Shown piece by piece: positions 13,001-24,538 of a DNA stretch of 64,000 bases. Made by a program: the position numbers and the translations under genes. The DNA lies in NCBI GenBank assembly GCA_048128005.1, contig JBEUKZ010000080.1, positions 372,001 to 436,000 on the forward strand. Direction: 5' to 3'. This DNA is from Veleropilina oligotropha. Its lineage: Eukaryota. Below the pieces are notes generated by a model. That model was not told where the DNA came from and did no database searches. It worked only from the letters and a program-made list of their open reading frames with translations. The number at the start of each line of letters is the position of its first letter. Position 1 is the stretch's first letter.

Positions 13001-13469
13001 TATTCCGGTAGGAATTTGTTATTTCGGGAGATTTCTGTCATTTCGGGAGTAGGCCATTTCGGGGGTGCCGATTTCGGGAGAATTATACTCCCGGCGGGAG
13101 GTATCACATGTATGACTTCGTAGGGACGCTTGCCTGGAAGGCACCTCGCTGGATGAGGCCACCCAGCGCTCATTGCGATGCGTGCCTTGCTCGGCCACCA
13201 CACTCTTTGGAGACAATTTCTCGGAATTCGTCGACAAGAGAGCGGCGGACCTGAAGGACCGTGCCATCGGGAAGGCGGTGCTGCACCGCCCCCCGGGTCC
13301 ACCCGCTGACTCGAGGAAGCGTTCAGGGCCCACCCGAACCCCGAAACCTTCCAATCTTGCAAGGCCCTCTTCTGGTGGTAGGCCCCCAGCCAGTAAACCC
13401 ACACAGAAGAGGCAAGCACCTCCAACGAAATCCCGTCAGAGCGGGAGAGGGAAGCCGCCTCGGCCCTAG
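10047..13469 (+). pseudogene. DIRS ORF1 (gag-like) of copy A, frameshifted and interrupted by a MITE
   Basis: N-terminal Cys/His cluster MAQCSNSGC...HTECRVHRNC...CELC and basic C-terminus ...GRGKPPRP. Homologous to the ORF1 remnants of B and C2. Confidence 0.8.
11946..13114. mobile_element. 1169-bp MITE-like insertion, 13-bp TIRs, 6-bp TSD
   Basis: TIRs CATACATGTGATA and TATCACATGTATG. ACTTCG is duplicated (11940-11945, 13115-13120). The empty site CCTACTTCGTAGGGACG is present in copies B and C2. ATTTCGGGAG subterminal repeats. Confidence 0.92.
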
Positions 13470-13479
13470 GGCTGCCGGC

Positions 13480-15330
13480 ATGCATGACTGCCCCAGCTGC
13501 CCGCTTCCGCCGGTGGGAGCGTGTCTGTTAGCGTACAGCCAGCCATGGCTAGAATTAACAGACAGCAGCTGGGTCCACTCAGTTGTGAGTGCCGGATACA
13601 AGTTGGCATTCAACCGGCATCCGACCCTAGCCGAGGCACCAACACCAAGCCGCGCTAGCCCCCTGCAAGGTGAGAAACAAGCAGTCTTAGACCAGGCAGT
13701 GCAGGACTTACTCCTCAAAGGAGCGATATATCCCGAGCCGCCCAGCACACCAGGATTTTACAGCCATTTCATCCTGGTCCCGAAACCCGATGGCCGCTGG
13801 CGACCGATCCTCGATCTCTCCTATCTGAACCGATAACTTCGCACCGAGAAATTCCAGCAAGAAACCCTATAGAAGATACGAGCGGCCATCCATCCGGGCG
13901 ACTGGGCAGCATCTATCGATCTGACCGACGCGTATCTGCATGTCCCAATGCATATCACGGCTTATCAGTACCTTCGGTTTATACACGGGGAGACGATCTA
14001 CCAATTCAGGTGCCTACCGTTCGGTCTATCGTCAGCCCCGTACGTCTTCACGAGAACAGTACAGGCCCTCGGTGCCTTCCTACACTCTCTAGGGCACAGG
14101 GTACATATGTACCTCGACGACTGGCTGATCCTCGGGGCGTCCCGGGACCTGTGCCACCGGTCTACGAGCTTTACCCTGTCATCGGCGAAGTGACTGGGAT
14201 TTCAGATCGACAAGACAAAATCCTGCTTCGTACCCTCCACGACGTTCGATACGGTCCGGTACACCGCGAAACCGACCCAGAAACGTATACTGAACCTACG
14301 AGCTGTTATTCAAGACACCCTGTCATCGGAGATAACTACGGCGCGACAACTGGCCACTGTCCTGGGGGACATCGAGTCGGTAGCGACCCTGCTACCGACA
14401 GGTCCTATGGACAAACGACCGTTACAACAGGCGTTCAGAAATCGCTGGATACAACGGACGGGGCAGTGGACGGATCGTATCGATCTACGGCATTGGTTTA
14501 CTCGCACGACAGCAGTGTGGCTGAACTATGCTTTGCCGAGCCAGACGTTCCTATATCCCCGCCAGAGCCGAACGCTTACCTGTTCACAGATGCTTCGAAC
14601 GACGGCTGGGGTGGTCACTTCGACAGTTACGAGACATCGGGCCTATGGCCGACGGACCTGCAGGGACGACACATAAACTACCTAGAGCTAGAAGCGGTCT
14701 AACTGACAGTACTGTCCCTCTCGTCACATCTCTGCAACAAGCATATAATGCTCGCCACGGACAACACGACTGTCGTCGCTTACATTCAACACCAGGGCGG
14801 CACTCGCTCGCGTCCCCTTTGCGACCGGGCAATCGACCTACACCGCCTAGTGATGTCCCTGAACTCGATGATATGAGCAAGACACATCCCGGGAAATCTG
14901 AATGTCAGAGCGGACTCGCTCTCTCGGAAATCACAGATTATACACACAGAGTGGACGCTACACAGCCGAGTAGCTCAGGACGTTTGTCGCCGGTGGTCAC
15001 AACCCCAAGTCGATCTGTTTGCAACAGCATTCAATCACCGACTACCTCTGTATGTCTCCCCGGACCCGGCCGCCCTAGCGGTCGACGTGCTGTCAATGAC
15101 ATGGGAGGATCTGTCTGCGTATGCCTTCCCCCCGTCGTGCATCCTGTCACGTGTACTACAGAAGGCATCAAAGGAACGTTGCGAGATAACGTTAATCGCG
15201 CCCCTGTATCGCACGCAACCTTGTTTCCCGACCCTCCTCGATCTGATCGTCGACCGACCGTTAACGCTCCCGCAGAGACCGGACCTGTTAATGCAGTCGC
15301 GCAGTCGTGTATTACACCCGTCGTCGAATG
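13480..15330 (+). pseudogene. DIRS RT-RNaseH-methyltransferase of copy A (stops and frameshifts)
   Basis: RPILDL, LPFGLSSAP, YLDD, FTDAS, HINYLEL, TDN, DLFA and AYAFPP motifs are split over several frames. Confidence 0.92.
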
Positions 15331-15334
15331 ACTT

Positions 15335-16362
15335 TCGAGAAGGTTTTCCACGTCTAAAGTATACGACTACCGATGGGTCAAATACGTGGATTGGTGTCAC
15401 ATCCGGCAGGTCATTATTCGCCGCCCCCCTGTGAACAAATTTGTCGAGTTTCTATCGTCGCTCTTTGAACGGGGAATGTCAGTGTCCGCCGTCAAAGGCT
15501 ATCGGGCAACGGTCGCGACCACGTTCAAACAGTGCCGTGCCAGTGTTAGCCTGTCTAGCGACCAAACGATTTCGGACTTTATACGATCCTACGAATTCGA
15601 GATACCGATCCACACGGTGCGGCCGCCAGCCTGGAACATCATTCTCGTACTTAAACGCTCTACTTACACAACCTTACGAACCTATGTGCTCGGCTTCCAT
15701 GAGAAATTTAATGCACAAAACGGTTTTCTGATCGCCTTAGCATCGGGCAGGCGTTCACAAAACGGTGTTTCTGATCGCCTTAGCGTCGGGCAGGCGTTGT
15801 TCCGAAATTCATAGTCTATCCGCAGAGCTACGAGACGTTCGTTTCCAGGCTGATGCTACATCCTATCTTGGGCTTCCTCTCCAAGAATCAACGGCCGAAT
15901 GAAGACGCCCCCGATATCGTTATCCCCAAGCTTACACTGGTCGGAAGACACGATGTGGACCATTTAAACTGCCCTGTGCGTGCCTTACGTTACTACCTCG
16001 ACAGGACCCGTGATATGCGGCAGGGAAAACTACGTATTTACCTTCCTTTACCTGCGACATTACGAAGACGACTGTTTCGCGGTGGGTTTCACAGGTGGTG
16101 AGAGACTTACTCTCGCTGTGAAAACGTAGACCGCATTATTGTTTCAGTTCGCGCGCACGAGGTCCACGCAATCGCAGCTTCCATCGCCTTCCGGCATAGT
16201 TTAAACATCTCAGCGTTGCTACAAGCAGGCTACTGGAAAAGTCCAAATGTCTTTGTTAAACATTACCTGCGAGATTATTCTACTGGGGCTGACGGGTTGA
16301 GCAGTCTGCAATGTGTAGCTGCTCAACGATGTATTATTAGACAAAGGTCGTCTAATCAGTAA
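15335..16362 (+). pseudogene. DIRS tyrosine recombinase of copy A (disrupted)
   Basis: LIALASGRRCSEIH, CPVRAL, RAHEVH (HxxR box with R>H) and AGYWKSPNVFVKHY motifs. Frameshifts and a short tandem duplication at ~15715-15800. Confidence 0.88.
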
Positions 16363-17162
16363 GTAAGTATTTTGTCTTGATTGATCAATTTAATACTTCG
16401 TGCTGAAGCAATGTTATTGTTATGCCTAAGTGTTACTATGTAAACACATTATGAGGCGGTTCAATACGTGTATGTTCAATTTTTAAAAACATTTTAAGAT
16501 CTTGATACTTTCATGTCATACCTGAGTATTTTGACAGGCCAGTTCACATTGAATTTCATAAACATTTATATTGCAAAAATCTTATAGGATTTTGAGGTTC
16601 AATATTATTGGTGTTCTATGCTGTTATGAAACATGATGTTCAAGACATTCAATGATTGGAAACACTTTAATATTTGCTTCCTTAAAATTTATTTTAAGTA
16701 ACATGTACTCATGTTAGCCTTTCCCAAGTTGGTCATGCGAATTACTTATTAATATCGATTATTTCTTTAATCTATTAATTCTTTGCTTAAGATTTGATGT
16801 CTTCACAACCTATTAGGTTCTGTGTGACTACAAATCCGACTGCTTCCTCTGGCTACCGACCGATTGTCCGGAGTTTAGTTGGCTGCCACTGGTCCATGAC
16901 ACGTAAGACCTACAAGGATCTTCCTTCCGGCCGTGGCTGGGGCTGATTGCACTTCCGTTCACCTTGTCCGACTAACACCTCGGCATATTCTCCCGGTATC
17001 ACTGGGCGAAATTCTCGCCAGGTAAGAGTAGATACAATACTCAGCAGATTCCACTCTGAGCGGACACAATCGTCGCTTCAAGCTGATTGATAAGGTGAAA
17101 AGTAAGTCATAATCTTGTTTGGGATTGTAAGGAACTTCTTACCCACCTATCCAAGGTCATTC

Positions 17163-17252
17163 TGGCAAGAGTAAGGACGTAAGTAGTTTGTAACTACATA
17201 TGAGGTTTTTTAGTAAACCTAATATTAGTTAAAACTTACTTACGTCCTTACT
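17163..17252 (+). other. Internal complementary region (ICR) of DIRS copy A
   Basis: Reverse complement of the left terminus (TATGTAGTTACAAAC...) joined to the reverse complement of the right terminus (...ACTAAAAAACGTCA), i.e. a circle-junction template. Confidence 0.92.
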
Positions 17253-17534
17253 ATGATTACCCGCCCTGCGCTTTCGCATTCCTCCCCTATTACTAAGTTC
17301 CTTTGGTGTTCTGAACTTTAAATTGAGGCCTTTTGACCTTGGGCTCTGACATCTCGCCGGGGGAACTTAGAGAGGGGGAGCAGGGGAGGTAATCGTAGTG
17401 TTTTTTTACTTAATAGTGCATAAAATGTGACAAATTATTAACTGTTTCCGGTTGGCAATAATATGACTATTATGGCAAGAGTAAGGACGTAAGTATGTTT
17501 TAACTAATATTAGGTTTACTAAAAAACGTCATAG

Positions 17535-18620
17535 TGTCAGGTGCCCTGTGGGCGGCTAACATAACTCCGCGTGTACTGCATGCCGCCTCTGTATATTGTC
17601 AGGTGCCCTGTGGGCGGCCAACATAAATCTGCGTGTACTGTATGCAGCCTCTGTATATTGCACAGGTGCCCTGTCGGCGGCCAACATAACTCTGCGTGTA
17701 CTGCATGTAGCCTCTGTATATCGCACAGATGTCCTCTGGGCGGCCAACATAACTCTGCGTGTACTGCATGCAGCCTCTGTATATTGCACAGGTTCCCTGT
17801 GGTCGGCCAACATAACTCTGCATGTACTTCATGCCGCCTCTGTATATTGCACAGGTGCCCTGTGGGCGGCTAACATAACTCCGCGTGTACTGCATGCCGC
17901 CTCTGTATATTGTCAGGTGCCCTGTGGGCGGCCAACAACTCTGCGTGTACTGTATGCAGCCTCTGTATATTGCACAGGTGCCCTGTCGGCGGCCAACATA
18001 ACTCTGCGTGTACTGCATGTAGCCTCTGTATATCGCACAGATGTCCTCTGGGCGGCCAACATAACTCTGCGTGTACTGCATGCAGCCTCTGTATATTGCA
18101 CAGGTTCCCTGTGGGCGGCCAACATAAATCTGCATGTACTGCATGCAGCCTCTGTATATTGTCAGGTGCCCTGTGGGCGGCTAATATAACTCTGCGTGTA
18201 CTGCATGCAGCCTCTGTATATTGCACAGGTGCCATGTGGGCAGCCAACATAAATCTGTGTGTACTACATGCAGCCGCTGTATATTGTCAGGTGCCGTGTG
18301 GGCGGCCAACATAACTCTGCGTGTACTGCATGCGGCCTCTGTATATTGCACAGGTGCCCTGTGGGCGGCCAACATAAATCTGCATGTACTGCATGCAGCC
18401 TCTGTATATTGCACAGGTGCCATGTGGGCAGCCAACATAACTCTGCGTGCACTACATGCAGCCGCTGTATATTGTCAGGTGCCCTGTGGGTGGCCAACAT
18501 AACTCTGCGTGTACTGCATGCGGCCTCTGTATATTGCACAGGTGGCCTGTGGGCGGCCAACATAACTCTGCGTGTACTGCATGCAGCCTCTGCATATTGT
18601 CAGGTGCCCTGTGGGCGGCC
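17535..18620 (+). repeat. 62/63-bp satellite, ~17 units, with higher-order blocks
   Basis: Same unit as 8719-9115. Diagnostic variants recur at 312-bp and 188-bp spacing. Confidence 0.95.
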
Positions 18621-18982
18621 TTTGGACATGTTCAAAGATGGGTGAGCTTGGCCTATTTCATCACACCTCGAAAAAATATTCTGACCTTTGGCGCAACATA
18701 ACATACTGCATACCATACATTCAATTTATATTTGGTGCACAGGTACCCTGGGTGCCCCTGACCTATTTTTAAGGTCACTGTTACATGCCTCTACAATGTA
18801 TACTGTCCTTTGGAGCAGCATAGATTAACTTAATAGCACGTACTTGCTCTGTGAGCAACCCTTGGACAAATTTGAAGATCCCATTATTCAAGATTACACG
18901 CATCTGAAATTTTAACCAACCTTCGGTGCAACATAGCTCAGCACATACTGCATGAAGCCATTCTAATTATTAGATGCACATG

Positions 18983-19588
18983 TATTAATAGCAAATATAC
19001 TTACGTCCTTACTAATGCCATAATAAGCCTATTATCGCTAATCTGGACAAGGTGGAAAATCGCAAATTTTGCACTTTCTATAAATTTTACCCTGTTGACC
19101 ACCTATCCAGCGTCACCTCCTCAAGTTTCCGCCATGCCACGAGATCACAAAGTCTCGCGAGACTTCCCAGAACGAGGCAGACTCATTCAAAAGTTTCCGC
19201 TCTCTTGACAACAACGTACAATTTGTGCTCCGTCTAATGACAAAAATTTTCATTTTCTTCAGCAGCGAGATTTAATGATCTATTTCTCTGATTAGTAGTT
19301 TAGCGATAGTACAACGTTAGATTCAACGTTATAAGTGGAAATCAGAAGAGTCTTGCCTGCTCATCGTCCTTCCTACGAAGTCTGAACGATCGAGTGAAAT
19401 CTACATCCACTATTGCCGCCGCCATCTTGACAGTTCAACTCTAAAGAGGCCGCTCAGGGGGATATCTAGGAAGGCTGAAAGTTTCTTAGACTAGCTAAGA
19501 ACCTTTCGAGGAAGAGTATTGTGTTATCTGATATTGCTTGATTTTACTACTGTAATTCATATATATATTAGATAAATCCTCAACGACG
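18983..19588 (+). mobile_element. DIRS family 2, copy C1 (left ITR and 5' UTR only)
   Basis: Highly similar to 26881-27447 plus 28792-28830. Begins TATTAATAGCAAATATACTTACGTCCTTAC, complementary to the ICR at 31409-31497. Confidence 0.9.
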
Positions 19589-20569
19589 TATGTAGTTACA
19601 AACATACTTACGTCCTTACTCTTGCCATAATAGTCATATTATCGCTAACCGGAAATAGTGAATAATGTCACATTAAGCACTCCTTTAAGTCAAAACACTG
19701 CGATCACCTCCCCTGCTCCCGCTCTCTAAGTTCCCCCAGCGAGATCTCGCCAAGTCTCGCGAGATATCCGAGCCCGAGATCACAAGACCTCAATTCAAAG
19801 TTTTCCGCCGAGACGGAAAGACGTGTTTTTTGCTCCGCAAATATTTCGAAATGTCCGCCGATTTATACGTTAAATCGAGGACGCTATAATTCTTATATAT
19901 TAATATATAAGTTGTGGAATATACCCTGTGTTGTGGATATCTAAAACACAAGTGAATATAGGAAGATTGTGATTCTAAACTTCGAGAAGTTCTGAAAATC
20001 AAGTGAAACCGACATCGCCGCTGTTGCAGGGAAAAGCATGGCCGCTCAGAGGGGAAGTTTCGTGTAATAAGAAGAAATTTCTGGTCGGTATTTTTATCTG
20101 ATATTGTTTGAGACTGCAAACAGGTAACTCATTATATTGGATAATTCCTTAACGACGCTATTGCTGGTTATTATTGTATAAAAATTCTAGCGTCGTTAAT
20201 AGGCAGGATCGTTTAGATATCACGCTTGCGTTTTTCTGTTATCCTGCCGTTTCTGGGATAATACACAATTGTACTAACATAAAAACATCCACGAGGTTTT
20301 CAGGTGTTTTTCTGGGCGGATTTTTCTAAGAGAGAACCCCCGTTTGTTCTAGTCAATTTGCTGGGTTTTTTACCGGGTCGTGCCGGGTTATTACCCGGCC
20401 TCGGTGTTCCCAGTTCGGGGTTTTTTGCGGTATATCGCCTGATCTTTGATCTTCAGATCAGGGCAATTTTAAGAGTTGTCGTAGTAAATAGTCACAACTA
20501 CCAAATATATACTTTTAACTACCCCGTTCCACCCACTACTACCCTCCCATGTATTCAGGGAGAGGGAAG

Positions 20570-22796
20570 TATGGTCCGGTGCAACCCGAAGTTTCACGGA
20601 TTTCTAGGCGCACGGAATGCCGTGTTCACCGTAACTGACAGTAAGTCTTATAAATGTGAACTGTGCCTAGATTTAACAGCAGGCAGTGGGCGATCGTATA
20701 TCCACCGATGACGCCGACCAGTGCGGTTACCACGGTGGGTTCTCCCCCGAGAAGGGACAAAATGGTAGGTTAAAGGGAATTAACGTTTTTTTGTCTACTT
20801 CAGGGACGCTGGACGACAGTAGACCTTAAAGGGCTGTCTGTCGCCGGATCTACCGGCGTAACATCCGCGACTCATGGGGGAGTCGCCGTAACCTTGCCGG
20901 GACCCCAGATTCCGGTAGGAGCCCGAGTGCTGTTCGATCCTCCTAAAACGGGCCTAGTAACTGCAGCCAACCATACCTTGCCGGCTAGCAAGGTATATCT
21001 GGCAACGCAGCGAACCGCTGAACAGGGCAGACATTCCCCATCCTTTTCTTCGGCCTCGAAGAATAGGGGACAGTTAGTCCTTCTGCGGGAAACTCTCCGT
21101 CTAGCGACGGGGACAGACTCAATGCAGAGAAAGCCTTTAAAGAGGCCGGACACCATTACGATGGTCTAAGATCCGGACAATTGGCGACACCTGAATCCTC
21201 GTTCGAGACCGACGCGACTACCCCTAGGGGTTTTCCGCTCAACCTCGATGCTCACGAGCTTTTCAGAGGGCCCGTTCTCTCCCGTGCACCCACGATGGTC
21301 ACGCTAGAGAACGTGGACAGACCGGCTGCGTTCGGTGAGGGGTTCTACGGCGGTTTTCCGACCGTGCCTCTCGCGAACAGAGTGGTAGACCGATACGGAC
21401 TGTTGCCGCAGTCCTACCGGTCGTCCGGCCCACCGAACGCGCCTCCGGGCCGTTCTTTCGGGTTCGACCACTCGACACGTGTCCCGAGACCCTAAAAAAG
21501 GGTTCTCGGCTACACCTGTCCATGCAGCCCGTCTACCTAGCGCCACGGTATCCTCTACAGAACTACCGGCTGTTAGTTCCACGCCCGTCCTGCCTCAGGG
21601 TTTCTCTTTGGAGAACGTCCAGGCATGGATCGCAGCGGGGTACGAGGACCAATGTAAGGCCTGGCCGACAGCTCCCCAGCCGCGCCTGGTACCTACATAT
21701 CTGCCCCTGGCGCAGAGCACGGCTCCTGCCTCCGTGATGGAGATCGACCCTCGTTCCGACGAGGACCTCGACTCCACTCGCTCCGACCTCCCTGTATCGG
21801 TCGGGCCCGAAGACGCTGGTAGTCTTTCAGGCACGCAGGAGCCGACCTCCACCACCCGCCGAACTCGACGCTGTTGCGTCACTTCGCAGGGTGCTTGACC
21901 GGCCGGAACCAACTCGGTCGTATGTAGGCTCGGTCAAGCACAGGACGGCGGCGCATCGGTTTGTTGAGAAGGAAGCCCCCTTGCTTCCTTCCTTACCTCA
22001 GTCTGGGCTGGTTGATCTGGTGTTGACTCGACAACCAAGCTCAGTCGGGGGCGCAATCCGGTGGAGTCCTCCCCACTGACCGAGTACCCTTCGGGGTTCC
22101 GTAGTGGGAGGTACCTCCGGGCCAGTTCGCGTTCGATCCCGTTCGCATGTACTGGTCCGTGCCTGGCGACTGAGCCGGCTCGTGTTGACGCAGCGTTGCG
22201 TTGACTGACCGCCAGTCACACTCCCTCTGTAGCGAGAGTTCCTGGGTTCGCCTTGGAAGCTTTCGAGAGCTCCGCCCGATGGGCTCTGCGGCCGTCGTCC
22301 GTTCAGGATTTTTCCTAGACGGGACGATAGCCGTATTACAGGAGGATGGACCCGGCGCCCGTGGGCTGCCCTGTCCTTCCTCCAGGAGGTTGCTGCCGTT
22401 ATGGAGACCAACGCGTTGGAGACGGGACGTGTCCTAGGTAACACCTACTTCGTAGGGACGTTTGCCTGAAAGACACCTCGCTAGTTGAGGCCACCCGGTG
22501 CTCATTGCGATGCGTGCCTTGCTCGGCCACCACTCTATTTGCCGACGATTTCTCGGAATTCGTCGACAGAGAGCGGCAGACCTGACGGACCGTACCATCG
22601 AGTAGGCGGTGCTGCACCCCCCGGGGGTCCACCCGCCGACTTGAGGAAGCATTCAGGGCCCACCCGGACCCCGAAGCCTTCCAAGCGTGCATGGCCCTCT
22701 TCTGGTGGTAGGCCCCCGGCCATTAACCCACTCCGAAGAGGCAAGCACCTCCAACAAGCTCCCGTCAGAGCGGGAGAGGGAAGCCTCGGCCCTAGG
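20570..22796 (+). pseudogene. DIRS ORF1 (gag-like) of copy B, many frameshifts
   Basis: Colinear with the gag of copy A (KCELCL, EIDPRSDEDLDS, KHRTAAHRF) but broken into more than 6 ORF pieces. Confidence 0.8.
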
Positions 22797-22908
22797 GCTG
22801 CCGGCACACATGACAGTCCCAGCTGCCCGCTTCCGCCGGTGGGAGCGTATCTGTTAGCGTACAGCCAGCCGTGACTAGACTACCAGACAGTAGCTGGGTC
22901 CCTCCGTC

Positions 22909-24378
22909 GTGAGTGCCGGATACAAGTTGGTTCAACCGGCATCCGACCCTAAACGAGGCACCACCACCAAGACACGCTCGCCTCCTAAACGGAGAAAAAC
23001 AAGCGGTCTTAGACCAGGCAGTGCGCGATTTGCTCCTAAAAAGAGCGATATATCCCGCGCCGCCCAGCACACCAGGATTTTACAGCCATTTCTTCCTGGT
23101 CCCGAAACCCGATGGCCGCTGGCGACCGATCCTCGATCTCTCGCATCTCAACCGATATCTTCGTACCGAGAAATTCCAGCAAGAAACCCTCTCGAAGATA
23201 CGAGCGGCCATCCGTCCGGGAGACTGGGCAGCGTCTATCGATCTGACCGACGCGTATCTGCATGTCCCGATGCATATCACGGCTCATCAGTACCTTCGGT
23301 TTATACACGGGGAGACGATCTACCAATTCAGGTGCCTACCTTTCGGTCTATCGTCAGCCCCTTACGTCTTCACGAGAACAGTACAGGCCCTAGGGGCCTT
23401 CCTACACTCTCTAGGGCACAGGGTACATATGTACCTCGACGACTGGCTGATCCTCGGGGCGTCCCGAGATCTGTGCCTCCGGTCTACGAGCTTTACCCTG
23501 TCATCGACGAAGCGCCTGGGATTTCAGATCACCGAGACGAAATCCTGCTTCGTACCCTCGACGACGTTTACGTTCCTCGGAGTCGACTTCGATACGGTCC
23601 GGTACACCGCGAAACCGACCCAGAAACGTATGCGGAACCTACGCACGGTTATCCAAGACACCCTGTCATCGGACATAACTACGGCGCGACAACTGGCCAC
23701 TGTCCTGGGGCACATCGAGTCGGTAGCGACCCTGCTACCGACGGGTCGCATGGACAAACGACCGTTACAACAGGCGTTCAGGGATCGCTGGATACAACGG
23801 ACGGGGCAGTGGACGGATCGCATCGATCTTCGGCATTGGTTTACCAACACAACAGCAGTGTGGTTGAACCCTGCTTTGCCGGACCAGTCGGTTCCTATAT
23901 CCCCGCCAGAGCCGAACGCTTACCTGTTCACAGACGCTTCGAACGACGGCTGGGGTGGTCACCTCGACAGTTACGAGACATCAGGCCTATGGCCGACGGA
24001 CCTTCAGGGACGACACATCAACTTCCTAGAGTTACAAGCCGTCTACCTGTCAGTACGGTCCCTCTCGTCACATCTCCGCAACAAGCACATAATGCTCGCC
24101 ACGGACAACACGACTGTCGTTGCTTACATTCAGCACCAGGGCGGCACTCGCTCGCGTCCCCTTTGCGACCGAGCAATAGACCTACACCACCTAGTGATGT
24201 CCCTCAACTCGACGATTCGAGCCCGACACATCCCGGGAAAGCTGAATGTCAGAGCGGACTCGCTCTCTCGGAAATCACAGATAATACACACAGAGTGGAC
24301 GCTACACAGCCGAGTAGCTCGGGACGTTGGTCGCCGGTGGTCACAACCCCAAGTCGATCTGTTTGCAACAGAACTTAA
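22909..24378 (+). CDS. Alternative-frame ORF overlapping pol (probable N-terminal extension of the YR ORF)
   Basis: 489 stop-free codons overlapping RT/RNaseH in another frame. The homologous frame is also largely open in copy A (14010-14702, 14528-15331). Long overlapping ORFs are a known DIRS1 trait. Confidence 0.6.
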   Translation: MSAGYKLVQPASDPKRGTTTKTRSPPKRRKTSGLRPGSARFAPKKSDISRAAQHTRILQPFLPGPETRWPLATDPRSLASQPISSYREIPARNPLEDTSGHPSGRLGSVYRSDRRVSACPDAYHGSSVPSVYTRGDDLPIQVPTFRSIVSPLRLHENSTGPRGLPTLSRAQGTYVPRRLADPRGVPRSVPPVYELYPVIDEAPGISDHRDEILLRTLDDVYVPRSRLRYGPVHRETDPETYAEPTHGYPRHPVIGHNYGATTGHCPGAHRVGSDPATDGSHGQTTVTTGVQGSLDTTDGAVDGSHRSSALVYQHNSSVVEPCFAGPVGSYIPARAERLPVHRRFERRLGWSPRQLRDIRPMADGPSGTTHQLPRVTSRLPVSTVPLVTSPQQAHNARHGQHDCRCLHSAPGRHSLASPLRPSNRPTPPSDVPQLDDSSPTHPGKAECQSGLALSEITDNTHRVDATQPSSSGRWSPVVTTPSRSVCNRT

Positions 24379-24538
24379 TTACCGACTACCTCTGTATGTC
24401 TCCCCGTACCCGGACCCGGCCGCCCTAGCGGTCGACACGTTGTCAATGACATGGGAGAATCTGTCCGCGTATGCCTTCCCCCCGTCGTGCATTCTAACAC
24501 TGGTATTACAGAAGGCATCGAACGAACGTTGCAGATAA
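22913..24538 (+). CDS. DIRS pol: reverse transcriptase - RNase H - Dam-like adenine methyltransferase (N-terminus frameshifted, MT C-terminus truncated)
   Basis: 541-codon open frame with RPILDL, SIDLTDAY, LPFGLSSAP, YLDD (RT), FTDAS/HINFLEL/TDN/ADSLSR (DIRS RNase H) and DLFA...AYAFPP (DIRS MT). Confidence 0.93.
   Translation: MPDTSWFNRHPTLNEAPPPRHARLLNGEKQAVLDQAVRDLLLKRAIYPAPPSTPGFYSHFFLVPKPDGRWRPILDLSHLNRYLRTEKFQQETLSKIRAAIRPGDWAASIDLTDAYLHVPMHITAHQYLRFIHGETIYQFRCLPFGLSSAPYVFTRTVQALGAFLHSLGHRVHMYLDDWLILGASRDLCLRSTSFTLSSTKRLGFQITETKSCFVPSTTFTFLGVDFDTVRYTAKPTQKRMRNLRTVIQDTLSSDITTARQLATVLGHIESVATLLPTGRMDKRPLQQAFRDRWIQRTGQWTDRIDLRHWFTNTTAVWLNPALPDQSVPISPPEPNAYLFTDASNDGWGGHLDSYETSGLWPTDLQGRHINFLELQAVYLSVRSLSSHLRNKHIMLATDNTTVVAYIQHQGGTRSRPLCDRAIDLHHLVMSLNSTIRARHIPGKLNVRADSLSRKSQIIHTEWTLHSRVARDVGRRWSQPQVDLFATELNYRLPLYVSPYPDPAALAVDTLSMTWENLSAYAFPPSCILTLVLQKASNERCR

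Larger units (their letters stand above)
9116..17534 (+). mobile_element. DIRS1-like tyrosine-recombinase retrotransposon, family 1, copy A (decayed, full length)
   Basis: Left ITR ~9130-9325 and right ITR ~17314-17495 plus right extension. ICR 17163-17252 is complementary to both termini. gag, RT/RNaseH/MT and YR remnants are in canonical order. Satellite unit continues on both sides. Confidence 0.95.

Noticed and set aside
16890..17160. Hammerhead or twister ribozyme in the DIRS 3' block
   Set aside because: No conserved CTGANGA/GAAA core across copies, and only a superficial CTAACA resemblance to twister. An Infernal search would be needed.
8719..18620. 62/63-bp repeats as a CRISPR array
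   Set aside because: Units are contiguous with no unique spacers, there are no cas genes, and the context is eukaryotic.
23036..23962. Antisense ORFs within DIRS pol
   Set aside because: Short, expected in GC-rich coding DNA, and without motifs.
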